DNA of 64,000 nt from Thermodesulfobacteriota bacterium (lineage in GTDB: Bacteria > Desulfobacterota > Binatia > UBA9968 > JAJDTQ01). The stretch is taken from positions 181,907 to 245,906 of the forward strand of contig OZ220712.1 of NCBI GenBank assembly GCA_965116735.1. The letters are read 5' to 3'. The translations under genes and the position numbers were made by a program. Position 1 is the stretch's first letter. Each line of letters begins with the position of its first letter. Shown one piece after another: positions 44,389 to 54,329 of this stretch. The notes below the pieces were generated by a model. That model saw nothing but the letters and a program-made list of their open reading frames with translations, searched no databases and was not told the origin of the DNA.

Positions 44389-45543
44389 TCACGCGTCCAG
44401 ACCGAAGTACTTCACGCAGTTGTCCACCAGCATGGCGCGCTTCTCGTCGGCGGGCACGCCCTCGAAGTCCCGCTCCATGATCGGGATGGAGTTGGGGTAT
44501 TCGCTGGCCGCGTGGGCGAAGTCCGTGCCCCACATGAGCTTGTCGTAGCCGATGCATTCGCGCCGCCTGATGCCGACAGGGTCGTGCAGGAAGCCCCAGT
44601 AGTTGTTCTCCCGCAGATACTCGCTGGGCTTCCGGTCCAGGTAGTGAAGGCCCCAGAACTCGTGGATCATGGGCATGTAGCGCTGGTAGTGGTCGTCGAG
44701 CTGCCACAGACCGTATTCGAACCATCCGATCATGGTTTCGGCCCAGTACATCTTGAGCGTCGGGAAGCGGTCCCACACCCCGGCGAAGGCCATCTGCACG
44801 GCGCCCACCATGGCGGGGTTGGTGAAGCGGAAGAAGTAGTTCATGGGCTCCTTCACGTGCACGTCGGGACCGGGCCGGCGCTCGTAGGTGAAGGCGGGCT
44901 CGTCCTTGCCCGACCCCATGTTGCCGGTGTTGTGGTTGGTGAGGGCGACGCCCAGGTCCAGGGCCGCGGCCCAGAAGCGGTCGTCCTCGGCCGTGGGATA
45001 ACCGCGGCCGCTCGGGAACCTGTCGAGCTTGATCCCCTTCAGGCCCAGGCGGGCGCAGTGCTCCAGCTCGTGTGCCGCGTCGTCGACGCCGCTGACGGGT
45101 ATGACTCCTATGGGGATGATGCGGTCCGGGGCCGGCGCCATGTATTCCTCGGCCAGGAACTCGTTGTAGGCGCGCACCAGCTCGCAATAGAGCTCGCGGT
45201 CCTTGGCCTGCTCCAGCACGAAGGATATCTGGGAGAACACCACCTCGGCGTCGATGCCGTCCCTGTCCTGTTCCTCGAGCCGCTGCTCGGGCGGCCCGGT
45301 GCCGGCGCAGGTCTCGAAGGTGGGCACCTGCTTGGCCATGTCTTCCTTGTTCACGCGGACGCTCCGGGTGACGCCGATGGTGTTGGGCTCGCCCCCGTCC
45401 ACCACCACCGCGTCCGACCCGTTGGGCATCTTGACCCGCTTGGGCGCGCGCTCGCGCATGGACGCGGCCACCCGGCCGCGCCAGATGTCCGGGTTCAGGT
45501 CGATATGGCCGTCGGCCGATATGACGTTGTATTCACGTCCCAT
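44389..45543 (-). CDS. amidohydrolase, Amidohydro_2 family
   Basis: MGREYNVISADGHIDL.. Only the 3' 385 codons of ORF 44389..45771 are used. Confidence 0.85.
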   Translation of the reverse strand: MGREYNVISADGHIDLNPDIWRGRVAASMRERAPKRVKMPNGSDAVVVDGGEPNTIGVTRSVRVNKEDMAKQVPTFETCAGTGPPEQRLEEQDRDGIDAEVVFSQISFVLEQAKDRELYCELVRAYNEFLAEEYMAPAPDRIIPIGVIPVSGVDDAAHELEHCARLGLKGIKLDRFPSGRGYPTAEDDRFWAAALDLGVALTNHNTGNMGSGKDEPAFTYERRPGPDVHVKEPMNYFFRFTNPAMVGAVQMAFAGVWDRFPTLKMYWAETMIGWFEYGLWQLDDHYQRYMPMIHEFWGLHYLDRKPSEYLRENNYWGFLHDPVGIRRRECIGYDKLMWGTDFAHAASEYPNSIPIMERDFEGVPADEKRAMLVDNCVKYFGLDA

Positions 45544-45617
45544 GGATGGCTCCTTCCAGTGCCCGGTGCCACGCGCCAGGATGGGCCGGGGTTCCTTGTC
45601 GTCGTCGCCGTCTCCGG

Positions 45618-45640
45618 GTAGGGGCGACCGGCGGTCGCCC
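45618..45640. repeat. REP family B
   Basis: gtaggggcgaccggcggtcgccc. Confidence 0.8.
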
Positions 45641-45808
45641 TCCGCGGCCATGGCACCGAATCCTGACCGGAAAGCTATCCAATAGCCCGCGTTCATGTCA
45701 ATGCACACCGGCCGGCGCGAACCATCGCCCCGCCGGTCGATATTGTTGAACGGTCCTGGGGCTGTTACCATTCAACTAAGGATAGAGGCAGTTCGCGGGA
45801 GGTGCACG

Positions 45809-46648
45809 ATGACTGGAGTCCAGGCGGTCGAGGCCGCGCCCGATGCAGTGGAAGCCGTGCTCAACTATGCGGTGGACACGGGCGAGAAGCCGATCACGCA
45901 CACGGCCGAGCTGAACAGCACGCCGGTGCTGCGCACCGGCAAGCACGAGCAGCGGCGCGCCACCATCCACAACGGGAGGCTGACAGCGCCCGAGCTCTCG
46001 CTGGAGCGCGAGGGGTTCGTGCTGGTGCGGCACGAGACCCGGGTCAAGGACTTCGATGACGAGGACGAGCTCCGGTCCGTCTACTACCCGGAGATCGAGG
46101 CGCTGGTGAAGCGCGAGAGCGGCGCTTCCCGGGTTGTCATCTTCGATCACACCCTGCGGGCCCAGGACGAAGGCATCCGGGCCGAGCGGAAGGTCAGGGA
46201 GCCCAACCGCTCGGTGCACAACGACTACACCGAATGGTCCGGGCCCAAGCGGGTGCGGGACATCCTGCCGGCGGACGAGGCGGAGCGGGTGCTCCAGGGA
46301 CGCTTCGCCGTCATCCAGGTGTGGCAGCCCACCCGCAACCCCGTGCGCACCAACCCGCTGGCCATCGCCGATGCCCGCACACTGCGGACCGACGAGCTGA
46401 TCGCGTCCCAGCGCAGCTACCCCGGCCGCATCGGCGAAACCTACCAGATCAAGTACAGCCCGGAGCACCGCTGGTTCTACTTCCCGGCCATGACCCGGGA
46501 CGAGGCCGTCGTCTTCAAGACCTTCGACTCGGCCACGGACGGAAGGGCGAGGTGGACCGCCCACACCTCCTTCGACGACCCCACGAGCCCTCCCGACGCG
46601 CCGGGCCGGGAGAGCATCGAGATGCGGACGCTGGCGTTCTTCGAGTAG
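45809..46648 (+). CDS. CmcJ/NvfI-family oxidoreductase-like protein
   Basis: ..VIFDHTLR.. ..SVHNDYTE.. ..RFAVIQVWQP.. pattern. GGGAGG RBS. Confidence 0.7.
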   Translation: MTGVQAVEAAPDAVEAVLNYAVDTGEKPITHTAELNSTPVLRTGKHEQRRATIHNGRLTAPELSLEREGFVLVRHETRVKDFDDEDELRSVYYPEIEALVKRESGASRVVIFDHTLRAQDEGIRAERKVREPNRSVHNDYTEWSGPKRVRDILPADEAERVLQGRFAVIQVWQPTRNPVRTNPLAIADARTLRTDELIASQRSYPGRIGETYQIKYSPEHRWFYFPAMTRDEAVVFKTFDSATDGRARWTAHTSFDDPTSPPDAPGRESIEMRTLAFFE

Positions 46649-46687
46649 GACACCGCTGTCACCGGCGCCGGCAAAGGGAGGCGCGCC

Positions 46688-47419
46688 ATGCGCATGAAGA
46701 CTTTCGACTGGCTCGGCCGCGAATTCGTCGCGGTCTCGTGCGAGGGCGCCTCGGACAATTCTGTCGACACGGGCATCCTCGACTACATCGACGCGGTCGC
46801 CGGCAGCCCTTCCTACCGTCCCGCCGATGAGGGCATGGACGACATCCTCCACCGCATCGAGGAAGCCATCAACATCCTGGACTTCTCCCTTGACGACACC
46901 GTACGGACGCGCTTGTGGGCGCGTGATCGCGAGAGCCGAAACCTCGGCAGCCAGATCCGATCCAAACGCATGGTCGAGGGCGCGCGCTCTTCGAGCTCGA
47001 GCTACATCGCGCCCGCGCACCTCGACTCCGACGCCAGCGTCGCGTTGGACTTCCTCGCCATGCGCAACAGCGGCGCGAAGAAGCTGGTGGAGTACGATCC
47101 ACCCATCGTGCCGCTACGCTATCTCGATCTCGAAGGACTGGTATTCCTCTCCGGCGTCACCTCCACCACCGGCAACCTCGCCGAGCAGGTGACCGAGGTC
47201 TGCGGCCTCATCGGCGAGTCCCTGGAGCACGCCGGGGTCTCCTGGGAGCAGGCCGTGCTGGTGTCGTTCTTCTTGCACGAGGCGGAGGACCCGGCGGCGC
47301 TGAAGGAGGCCTTCGGGCGCGCCGTGGCGCCTCGTCCGGCGTGCACGGAGTGGTCGTTCGTGGAAGGCTATTCCGCCCACGGTAAGCTCATCGAGATCGA
47401 GGTCACCGCGCAGCGCTAG
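46688..47419 (+). CDS. tandem RidA/YjgF-like (Rid family) protein
   Basis: The C-terminal half ..LVFLSGVTS..L.EQ....IGESLEHAGVSWEQAV.. ..IEIEVTA is RidA-like. The N-terminal half is a weaker repeat. Confidence 0.55.
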   Translation: MRMKTFDWLGREFVAVSCEGASDNSVDTGILDYIDAVAGSPSYRPADEGMDDILHRIEEAINILDFSLDDTVRTRLWARDRESRNLGSQIRSKRMVEGARSSSSSYIAPAHLDSDASVALDFLAMRNSGAKKLVEYDPPIVPLRYLDLEGLVFLSGVTSTTGNLAEQVTEVCGLIGESLEHAGVSWEQAVLVSFFLHEAEDPAALKEAFGRAVAPRPACTEWSFVEGYSAHGKLIEIEVTAQR

Positions 47420-47442
47420 GAGTCTGTCCGAGTAGTCGAATT

Positions 47443-47519
47443 GTAGGGCCGCCGCCGGTCGTCCCTACACATACTCCGGATGAACCTCATGTAGGGGGCC
47501 ACCGGCGGTCGCCCCCTAG
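47443..47519. repeat. REP family B, one degenerate + one intact unit
   Basis: gtagggccgccgccggtcgtccctac ... gtagggggccaccggcggtcgccccctag. Confidence 0.75.
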
Positions 47520-47540
47520 GCCGTTGGCTGCGCCGTTCCG

Positions 47541-47569
47541 TTGACAGTCTTTCGGCATTCCCCTATTAC
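47541..47569 (+). promoter_or_regulatory. possible sigma-70 promoter TTGACA-17-TATTAC
   Basis: Hexamers read directly, 75 nt upstream of the tctC ATG at 47644. Confidence 0.35.
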
Positions 47570-47643
47570 CGGGTCTAGTGGTTCACCGCCCGCGCGCGAT
47601 CGTTGCCCGCCGGCAACGGGACCACGGGACGGAAGGGGGTCCG

Positions 47644-48672
47644 ATGATGAAGCGCTCCACGCTTGGAACGGTGCTTTTGGTCCTCGCCTTTGTGATGGCG
47701 GCATCGACCGCCGCCGCCGACTTCTACAAGGACAAGACCGTCCGTATCGTGGTTTCGTCTTCCCCGGGGGGCGGCTACGACACCTACGCGCGGTACATCG
47801 CCCGCCATCTGTACAGACATCTGCCCGGAGAACCGCGGATGATCGTGGAGAACCGGCCCGGCGCCGGCGGTCTGCGCGCGGGGAACTACATCTACCATTC
47901 CTCGCGACAGGACGGCACCGAGATACTGCACATCGGCGGCTCGTCGGTGATCAAGCAATTGACGGGCATGAAGCAGGTCAGGTTCGACGCCCGGCAGTTT
48001 CAGTACATCGGCGCGCCCTACGCCGAAGCCACCGTGCTGGTGGTGACGAGGAACTCCGGTATCACGAGCTTGGAGCAGGTCATCGGTCCCAAGGCCAAGG
48101 AGGTGGCGCTCGGCGGCATCAGCGTGGGATCGCCCAATGACGTGGCGGCGATTCTTTTGCGGGACGTGCTCGGGGCGAAGATCCGCCTGGTGACAGGATA
48201 CAAGGGCACCTCGCGGATCAGGCTGGCCATGGACTCGGACGAGCTCGACGGCATGTTCAATGGCTGGGCGTCGTTGAACGCCACGAGCTACGACAAGCTC
48301 CAGAGCGGCGAGTACAAGGTCTTGATACAGGTGAGCCCGGAGCCCATCAAGGAGTTGGGCGGTATCCCGTCCATCGCGCAGCTCGCCAAGACCGACGAGC
48401 AAAAGAGGCTGGTTCGTCTCACCACGACCGTGCCGTACCAGTACGCGCGGTCGTTCCTGGTTGGGCCGAAGGTGCCGCGGGAGCGGGTGGCGGAGATCCG
48501 CAACGCCTTCGGCAAGACCATGACCGATCCGAAGTTCCTGGCGGACGCGAAGAAGGGACGCCTCAAGATCAGCCCCATCAAAGGCACCGACCTGCAGTCG
48601 TACGTGCGGGAGTTTCTGGGAATGCCGGCGGACGAGAAGGCCAAGGTGCTGGGCGTCGTCGCCGGCAAGTGA
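47644..48672 (+). CDS. tctC: TTT substrate-binding protein (orphan TctC/Bug)
   Basis: Signal peptide MMKRSTLGTVLLVLAFVMAASTAAA. ..SSPGGGYD.. and ..NRPGAGG.. motifs. Confidence 0.85.
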   Translation: MMKRSTLGTVLLVLAFVMAASTAAADFYKDKTVRIVVSSSPGGGYDTYARYIARHLYRHLPGEPRMIVENRPGAGGLRAGNYIYHSSRQDGTEILHIGGSSVIKQLTGMKQVRFDARQFQYIGAPYAEATVLVVTRNSGITSLEQVIGPKAKEVALGGISVGSPNDVAAILLRDVLGAKIRLVTGYKGTSRIRLAMDSDELDGMFNGWASLNATSYDKLQSGEYKVLIQVSPEPIKELGGIPSIAQLAKTDEQKRLVRLTTTVPYQYARSFLVGPKVPRERVAEIRNAFGKTMTDPKFLADAKKGRLKISPIKGTDLQSYVREFLGMPADEKAKVLGVVAGK

Positions 48673-48735
48673 CGGCCGCGCGGGGGTGCACTGCACAGCG
48701 CGAGATTTCGCACATTCCCGGGAAGGAGTGATTCA

Positions 48736-49629
48736 ATGGAACGTTTGAAAGGCATGTACATCCCCCTGCCGACACCGTTCACCGATACCGGCGCGGTGGA
48801 CGAGAACGCGGTGCTGGCGCTCACGGACTTCTACGTGGAAGCGGGCGTGCACGGCCTGTTCGTGCTGGGCACCTTCGGCCAGGGCCCGGCGCTGACGCCG
48901 GACGAGCGCAAGCGCACGGCCAAGGTCGTCATCGACCGGGTGGGTGGGCGCATTCCGGTGGTGATCCACGCGGGCACCGCCGACACCCCCACCACCATCG
49001 ACCTGGCCAAGGACGCCAGGGACCAGGGCGCCGACGTCGTGGGCGTGGTGCCGCCGTACTACTTCGACCATCTCGACGACGAGGTGCTGGCGCACTACGT
49101 CAAAGTGTACGAGGCCATCCAATACCCGATGTTCATCTACAACAACGCGGTGAACAGCGGCTATCGCATGACCGCGCCGTGGACCGCGAAGCTGGTGGCG
49201 GAGGTCCCGGAGGCCTGCGGCATCAAGATGTCGTTCATCCCGCTGGAGCAGCAGCTTGCCTTCGTGCGGGCGCTGCCGGCGAGCTGTGCGGTCTTCTCCG
49301 GCTCGGCTACGTTGATCATGCCGGGCGTGCTGTGGGGGCTGGCCGGATCGATTCATCCGTTAACGGTGGCCATTCCCGAGCTGCTGGTGAACCTTTGGAA
49401 CGCCACCACCACGGGCAAGCTGGAGGAGGCGGTGGAGCTTCAGCGGCGGGTGATCGAATTCACCGCGGTCATCGGCGACCTCCAGAGGACGGCGGGACGA
49501 TCGGTGTTGCGCGAGTCGCTCAAGCTGCGGGACCTCCCGGTGGTGGACTTCCCGCGCTGGCCTACCAAGGACCTGAGCGCCGAACAAGCCGGTCGGCTGA
49601 AGAACGCGCTGGCGGCGGCTCGGGACTGA
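48736..49629 (+). CDS. DapA-family aldolase (canonical length)
   Basis: ..MYIPLPTPFTD.. ..GLFVLGTFGQG.. 297 aa. AGGAG RBS. Confidence 0.85.
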   Translation: MERLKGMYIPLPTPFTDTGAVDENAVLALTDFYVEAGVHGLFVLGTFGQGPALTPDERKRTAKVVIDRVGGRIPVVIHAGTADTPTTIDLAKDARDQGADVVGVVPPYYFDHLDDEVLAHYVKVYEAIQYPMFIYNNAVNSGYRMTAPWTAKLVAEVPEACGIKMSFIPLEQQLAFVRALPASCAVFSGSATLIMPGVLWGLAGSIHPLTVAIPELLVNLWNATTTGKLEEAVELQRRVIEFTAVIGDLQRTAGRSVLRESLKLRDLPVVDFPRWPTKDLSAEQAGRLKNALAAARD

Positions 49630-49678
49630 GCCCTTTTTCGGAGCACTATCGGCAGGGACGGACGCAAGGAGAAGAGTC

Positions 49679-50386
49679 ATGAACGCGAAGGAATGGCGCA
49701 ACGAGCTTGGTGAGATCGTCAGGGACTTCTTCCGCTCCCCGGAGATGGGGCAGTTCTACGAAACCCCCATCACGCTGGAGCGCGCGCGACTCTACCTGTC
49801 GCAGCTCGGCATCTACGTCCGCCAGCGGCGCCACTACTGGCCCCAGGTGGCGGCCAACTGCCCCGTGCACCTGGTGAAGCAGCGTATCCTGTCCCACGAG
49901 TACGAGGAGCTGGTGGAGGACGATTATTCCGACAAGGGACACCTGGACCTGATCTTCCGGCAGGGCCGGGAGGTGGGGCTCAGCGAGGAGCAGGTGCTGG
50001 ACGCGGAGCCGCTCCCCACCACCCGGGCGGCCATCTACGGCTGGTGGTGGATTGCCCGCAACAAGCCGTGGCAAGAGGCCCTGGCCGCCTCCACCATCGC
50101 CGAGTGGACCAACGACGACCGCCTGCTGGGAGACCTGGGCGGCGGCAACTGCGGCCGGTTGTACGAGCGCTGGAGCCGGGACCTCAACTTCACCGACGAG
50201 CAGATGCCCAACTTCACCGCGCATCGGGCCGCGGACGAGAAGCACTCCGAGATGTTCCTGGACATCTTCGAGCGGTTGGTGCCGGAGGGCGCCGAGGAAG
50301 GCGTGCTGAGCACCGCCAGGGAGTCCATGGACATCCACCGGGCGTACTTCGGCGGCATGGCCGCGGCCATGGCGCGGCTGTCGTAG
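49679..50386 (+). CDS. heme-oxygenase-like fold protein (TenA/PqqC / iron-containing redox enzyme family)
   Basis: 235-aa helical protein with E..H / E..E-type motifs (..LSHEYEELVED.., ..ADEKHSEMF..). AGGAGA RBS. Confidence 0.65.
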   Translation: MNAKEWRNELGEIVRDFFRSPEMGQFYETPITLERARLYLSQLGIYVRQRRHYWPQVAANCPVHLVKQRILSHEYEELVEDDYSDKGHLDLIFRQGREVGLSEEQVLDAEPLPTTRAAIYGWWWIARNKPWQEALAASTIAEWTNDDRLLGDLGGGNCGRLYERWSRDLNFTDEQMPNFTAHRAADEKHSEMFLDIFERLVPEGAEEGVLSTARESMDIHRAYFGGMAAAMARLS

Positions 50387-50421
50387 GTGCCGGATACGAA
50401 ACCGTCATTGCCCGGCCCCTC

Positions 50422-50450
50422 CGTCATTCCCGCGCAAGCGGGAATCCAGG
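50422..50450. repeat. REP family E (cgtcattcccgcgcaagcgggaatccagg)
   Basis: Hairpin read directly. Confidence 0.75.
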
Positions 50451-50498
50451 GGTGGGGCGAGGCGCGGCGTCCGATTCTGACCAGCACAGGTGTTTCGT

Positions 50499-51518
50499 AT
50501 GAAGATGGAACTCAAAGACCTCAACGACTCGCTGGCCGAGCACGACCTCTCGGGTTTCTGGAACACCCGCACGCCCGAGCACCAGGACGAGGCGCCGTAC
50601 CTGTGGAAGTGGCGCGAGGTGTACCCGTGCCTGATGGATGCCAGGGAGTCCGTGGGGCTGGAGCTGGCGGAGCGCCGGGCCATCCGGCTCGTGAACCCGC
50701 AGAACCCCACCCGCGCGACCTCCCGGACGCTGCTCTTCACTTTCTCGGTGGTGAACTCCGGCGAGATCGCGCGGCCCCACCGCCACAACATGGCGGCCAT
50801 CCGTTTCGTGGTGAAGGGGAGCGGCGCCTTTACGCTGGTCGAGGGCGAACGCTTTCCCATGCACGAGGGAGACCTGATCCTCACCCCTAACTGGACCTGG
50901 CACGAGCACCACAATGAATCCGACGAGCCCATTGTGTGGCTCGACGGCCTTGACGGCCCGCTCATCAACGCGCTCAACGTGCTGTTCTTCGAGAACTACG
51001 ACAAGGACACCCAAGGGGTGAGCCGCGCCGACGGCGACGCGCAGATGCGCTTCGGCTTCGCCCGCCCGCCGGCCAAAGCGGAATCGCCGGGGCGGGGGCT
51101 GCCGTTCCGTTACCGCTGGGAGGACACCGACGCGTCGCTTCACAACATCGCCGACGCCGAGGCGGACCCCTTCGACGGCCACTTGGTGCGCTACATCAAC
51201 CCGGTGACCGGCGGCTACACCATGGCGACCCTGTCCTGCGAGGCGCAGATGTTCAAGCCGGGCTGGGTCACCGGCACCCACCGGCACACCAGCACATCGC
51301 TGTACCACGTGTTCCGCGGCCGCGGCCGGACCGCGGTGGGGGAGGGGTTCCTGGAGTGGGAGAAGGGCGACTCGTTCATGATCCCCAACTGGCAGTGGCA
51401 CCGCCACGAGAACCCTTTCGAAGAGGAAGCGGTGCTCTTCACCATGAACGACCGGCCGGTGCTGGAGGCGTTGGATCTCTACCGGGAAGAGCAGCGTCCC
51501 GGCGGCAACGGCTCCTGA
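50499..51518 (+). CDS. gentisate 1,2-dioxygenase-like bicupin (paralogue 4)
   Basis: HRH..WHEH and HRH..WHRH in the two cupin halves. Confidence 0.85.
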   Translation: MKMELKDLNDSLAEHDLSGFWNTRTPEHQDEAPYLWKWREVYPCLMDARESVGLELAERRAIRLVNPQNPTRATSRTLLFTFSVVNSGEIARPHRHNMAAIRFVVKGSGAFTLVEGERFPMHEGDLILTPNWTWHEHHNESDEPIVWLDGLDGPLINALNVLFFENYDKDTQGVSRADGDAQMRFGFARPPAKAESPGRGLPFRYRWEDTDASLHNIADAEADPFDGHLVRYINPVTGGYTMATLSCEAQMFKPGWVTGTHRHTSTSLYHVFRGRGRTAVGEGFLEWEKGDSFMIPNWQWHRHENPFEEEAVLFTMNDRPVLEALDLYREEQRPGGNGS

Positions 51519-51563
51519 CCGAACGCGCGAACGCCGCATCCAATCACGAACGCGATTCCGACC

Positions 51564-53168
51564 ATGTCCTATCCCGACCTTCAAGAGCACCTGTCCAACC
51601 TGGAGTCCGCCGGACTCCTGTTGCGCATCCGCCACCCCATCAACAAGGACACGGAGATGCACCCGCTGGTGCGCTGGCAGTTCCGCGGCGGCCTTCCCGA
51701 GGCGGAACGCAAGGCCTTCCTGTTCGAGAACGTGGTGGACAGCCACGGGCGCACCTACGACATGCCGGTGGCGGTGGCCGCGCTGGCGGCGTCGCCGCAG
51801 GTGTACTCGGTCGGGCTGCAACGTCCGGTGGACGAGATCCCCGAGCTTTGGGCCCATGCCTTGGCGAATCCCATCGAGCCGGCCATCGTTGATTCGGGGC
51901 CCGTCCACGACGTCGTGCTACAAGGCGCCGACCTGGATATCGAGGGCGGCGGGCTGCTGCAGCTCCCGGTGCCCATATCCACGCCGGGGTTCGACAACGC
52001 TCCCTACACCACCTGCTCGCACTGGTTCACCAAGGACCCCGATACCGGCATCCGGAACCAGGGCAACTACCGCGGGCAGATCAAGAGCCAGAAGCGCGTG
52101 GGCATGTACGCCGGCATGCACCAGCACATCTTCCCGCACTGGGACAAGCGCCGCGAGCGGGGCGAGCCGCTGCACGCCGCGCTGGTGGTGGGGGCGCCGC
52201 CGGTGGTCTCCTACGGCACCGTGCAGAAGGTTCCGCCGGGGGTGGACGAAATGGGCATCGCCGGCGGGCTGGCCGGAGAGCCCGTCCGGCTGGTGCGCTG
52301 CAAGACCGTGGACATCGAGGTCCCCGACAACGCGGAGATCGTCGTCGAGGGGCTGATCAACACCGACTTCGTGGAGCCCGAGGGCCCCTTCGGCGAGTCC
52401 CACGGCTACCTGCACCCGCGCACGGTGTCGCCGTTCATGGAAGTGACCGCCATCACCATGAAGCGCAAGCCCGTGCTGTGCTCGTTCATCAGCCAGGTGA
52501 CCCCCAGCGAGTCCAGCGTCATCAAGAAGGTGGGCTACGAGCCGCTCCTGCGCCGCTACCTGCGCGACACCGTGGGCATCAAGAGCGTCACCCAGGTGGC
52601 CATGCACGAGCCCCTCACCAACCTGCGCAAGCTCGTCATCGTGCAGATGAGCAAGCCCGCGGAAGGGGACGTCTGGCGCGCCCTGAACAGCATCGCCAAC
52701 TACCAGCACGGCGTCGGCAAGATCGCTATCGCCGTGGACGACGACATCGACCCTCATAACCTGGACGCGGTGTGGTGGGCCATCTGCTATCGCTCCAAGC
52801 CTCACCAGGACGTGGTGATCCTGCCGGGCCGGGTCAAGGGCCACTCGCCGCCGTTCGAGGACGAGGGCCACCTGGTCACGGCCAAGGAGATGTTCTACCA
52901 GCCGGCCACCGACTCCGGGATGCTCATCAACGCCATCCTCAAGGAGCCGTTCCCGCCCATCTCGCTGCCCAAGCGCGAGTTCATGGAGCATGCCCTGGAA
53001 CTGTGGAACCGGCTGGAGCTGCCGCCCCTGAAACCCCAGGCGCCGTGGTACGGCTATTCGCTGGGCCAGTGGGACGACGAGTGGGAGGAGGAGGCGCAGC
53101 TCGCGGTGAAGAGCGACTATCTCCAGACCGGCGCCAAGCTGGCCAAGCGCCGGGTGAAGCCGGGCTGA
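51564..53168 (+). CDS. UbiD-family (prFMN-dependent) decarboxylase
   Basis: MSYPDLQEHLSNLESAGLL.RI....KDTE.HPLVRWQF.. typical UbiD N-terminus. 534 aa. Confidence 0.9.
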   Translation: MSYPDLQEHLSNLESAGLLLRIRHPINKDTEMHPLVRWQFRGGLPEAERKAFLFENVVDSHGRTYDMPVAVAALAASPQVYSVGLQRPVDEIPELWAHALANPIEPAIVDSGPVHDVVLQGADLDIEGGGLLQLPVPISTPGFDNAPYTTCSHWFTKDPDTGIRNQGNYRGQIKSQKRVGMYAGMHQHIFPHWDKRRERGEPLHAALVVGAPPVVSYGTVQKVPPGVDEMGIAGGLAGEPVRLVRCKTVDIEVPDNAEIVVEGLINTDFVEPEGPFGESHGYLHPRTVSPFMEVTAITMKRKPVLCSFISQVTPSESSVIKKVGYEPLLRRYLRDTVGIKSVTQVAMHEPLTNLRKLVIVQMSKPAEGDVWRALNSIANYQHGVGKIAIAVDDDIDPHNLDAVWWAICYRSKPHQDVVILPGRVKGHSPPFEDEGHLVTAKEMFYQPATDSGMLINAILKEPFPPISLPKREFMEHALELWNRLELPPLKPQAPWYGYSLGQWDDEWEEEAQLAVKSDYLQTGAKLAKRRVKPG

Positions 53169-53185
53169 TGGTCCGCGTCGCAACA

Positions 53186-53225
53186 GCGTCCTTCGACTCC
53201 GCTTTGCTACGCTCAGGACGAACGG
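53186..53225. repeat. REP family D unit
   Basis: gcgtccttcgactccgctttgctacgctcaggacgaacgg is the reverse complement of part of 55835..55951. Confidence 0.75.
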
Positions 53226-53231
53226 GTTCCC

Positions 53232-54239
53232 ATGCCTGATTCCTGCCGCCTCCGCTTGGCCTGCCGCAACTACGACGGCACCAATGCCATCCTCCGGGGC
53301 GTCCTCGATGCTCCGGGAATCGAGCTGGAGCCCGTGGAGCAGGTGAGCGTGCAGGGCATGTTCGCGGCGATGTACCGGGGCGAGTTCGACGTCTCGGAGA
53401 TGTCCCTGGCCGAGCTGATCTACTACACGTCGCGCAACCAGAACGATTTCATCGGAGTTCCGGTGTTTCCGTCCCGGATGTTCCGGCACGGTTTCATCGT
53501 GGTGCGGCGCGACGCCGGTATCGACACGCCCCAGGACCTCGTGGGCAAGCGCCTGGGCTTCCTGCGCTGGGTGCAGACCGCCGCGGTGTGGATCCGCGGC
53601 ATGCTGACGGACGAGTACGGCGTGACGCCGAAGAACTCCCAGTGGCACGCGGGCTCGCTGCACCATTGGGACGACGGCGCCACCGAGACCTCGGTGAAGC
53701 TTCCGGGCGGCGCCGCCATCGAGGTGCTGCAGGGGGAGGGGAGCGCCGCCGAGCGGGCCATGCGCGCGCTGCGCGAGGGACGGCTGGACATGCTCGGGGT
53801 GACCGAAACGCAACTGCCGCCGCTGCTGGCAGACCCGGCGCTGAAGCGGCTGTTCGAGGACTATCGGCAGGTCGAGGCGGACTACTTCAGAAAGACCCGG
53901 ATCCTCCCGATCATGCACGTGCTGGCGGTCAAGAAATCGGTAGTGGAGCAGTATCCGGATACTCCCGCCGCCCTCTTCGAGCTGTTCAGCCGGGGCAAGC
54001 GGCAGGCACGCCAGTGGTTCGCCGATATGCCGAGCCAGGTGATGGCGTGGCGCCAGCACGCCCTGGAGCAGGAACACGAGGTGTTCGGCGGCGACCCGTG
54101 CCCCTACGGGCTCGACGCCAACCGCGACGTCCTCAACACCTTCATCGAGTACTGCGAGGCCCAGGGCATCTGCGAGCGCAACCTGTCGCCCGAGGAACTG
54201 TTCGCGCCAGCGACCTGGGACTTGGCGGAGCCGGTGTAG
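53232..54239 (+). CDS. 4,5-dihydroxyphthalate-decarboxylase-like PBP2-fold protein, no signal peptide
   Basis: ..LRLACRNYDGTNAILRG.... ..EFDVSEMSLAELIY.. pattern. Confidence 0.75.
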   Translation: MPDSCRLRLACRNYDGTNAILRGVLDAPGIELEPVEQVSVQGMFAAMYRGEFDVSEMSLAELIYYTSRNQNDFIGVPVFPSRMFRHGFIVVRRDAGIDTPQDLVGKRLGFLRWVQTAAVWIRGMLTDEYGVTPKNSQWHAGSLHHWDDGATETSVKLPGGAAIEVLQGEGSAAERAMRALREGRLDMLGVTETQLPPLLADPALKRLFEDYRQVEADYFRKTRILPIMHVLAVKKSVVEQYPDTPAALFELFSRGKRQARQWFADMPSQVMAWRQHALEQEHEVFGGDPCPYGLDANRDVLNTFIEYCEAQGICERNLSPEELFAPATWDLAEPV

Positions 54240-54260
54240 GGGCGGGTTTCAAACCCGCCC
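54236..54260. repeat. REP family A (supplies the TAG stop of 53232..54239)
   Basis: gtaggggcgggtttcaaacccgccc. Confidence 0.85.
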
Positions 54261-54329
54261 GCGGTCGGACCGCCGCGGCGGCCGGGGATGGGAAACAACA
54301 ACAGTATCGAAGCCATAGAGAGGTGACCC

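Noticed and set aside
51918-54077. 719-aa minus-strand ORF
   Set aside because: Shadow of the UbiD and PhtD-like genes.
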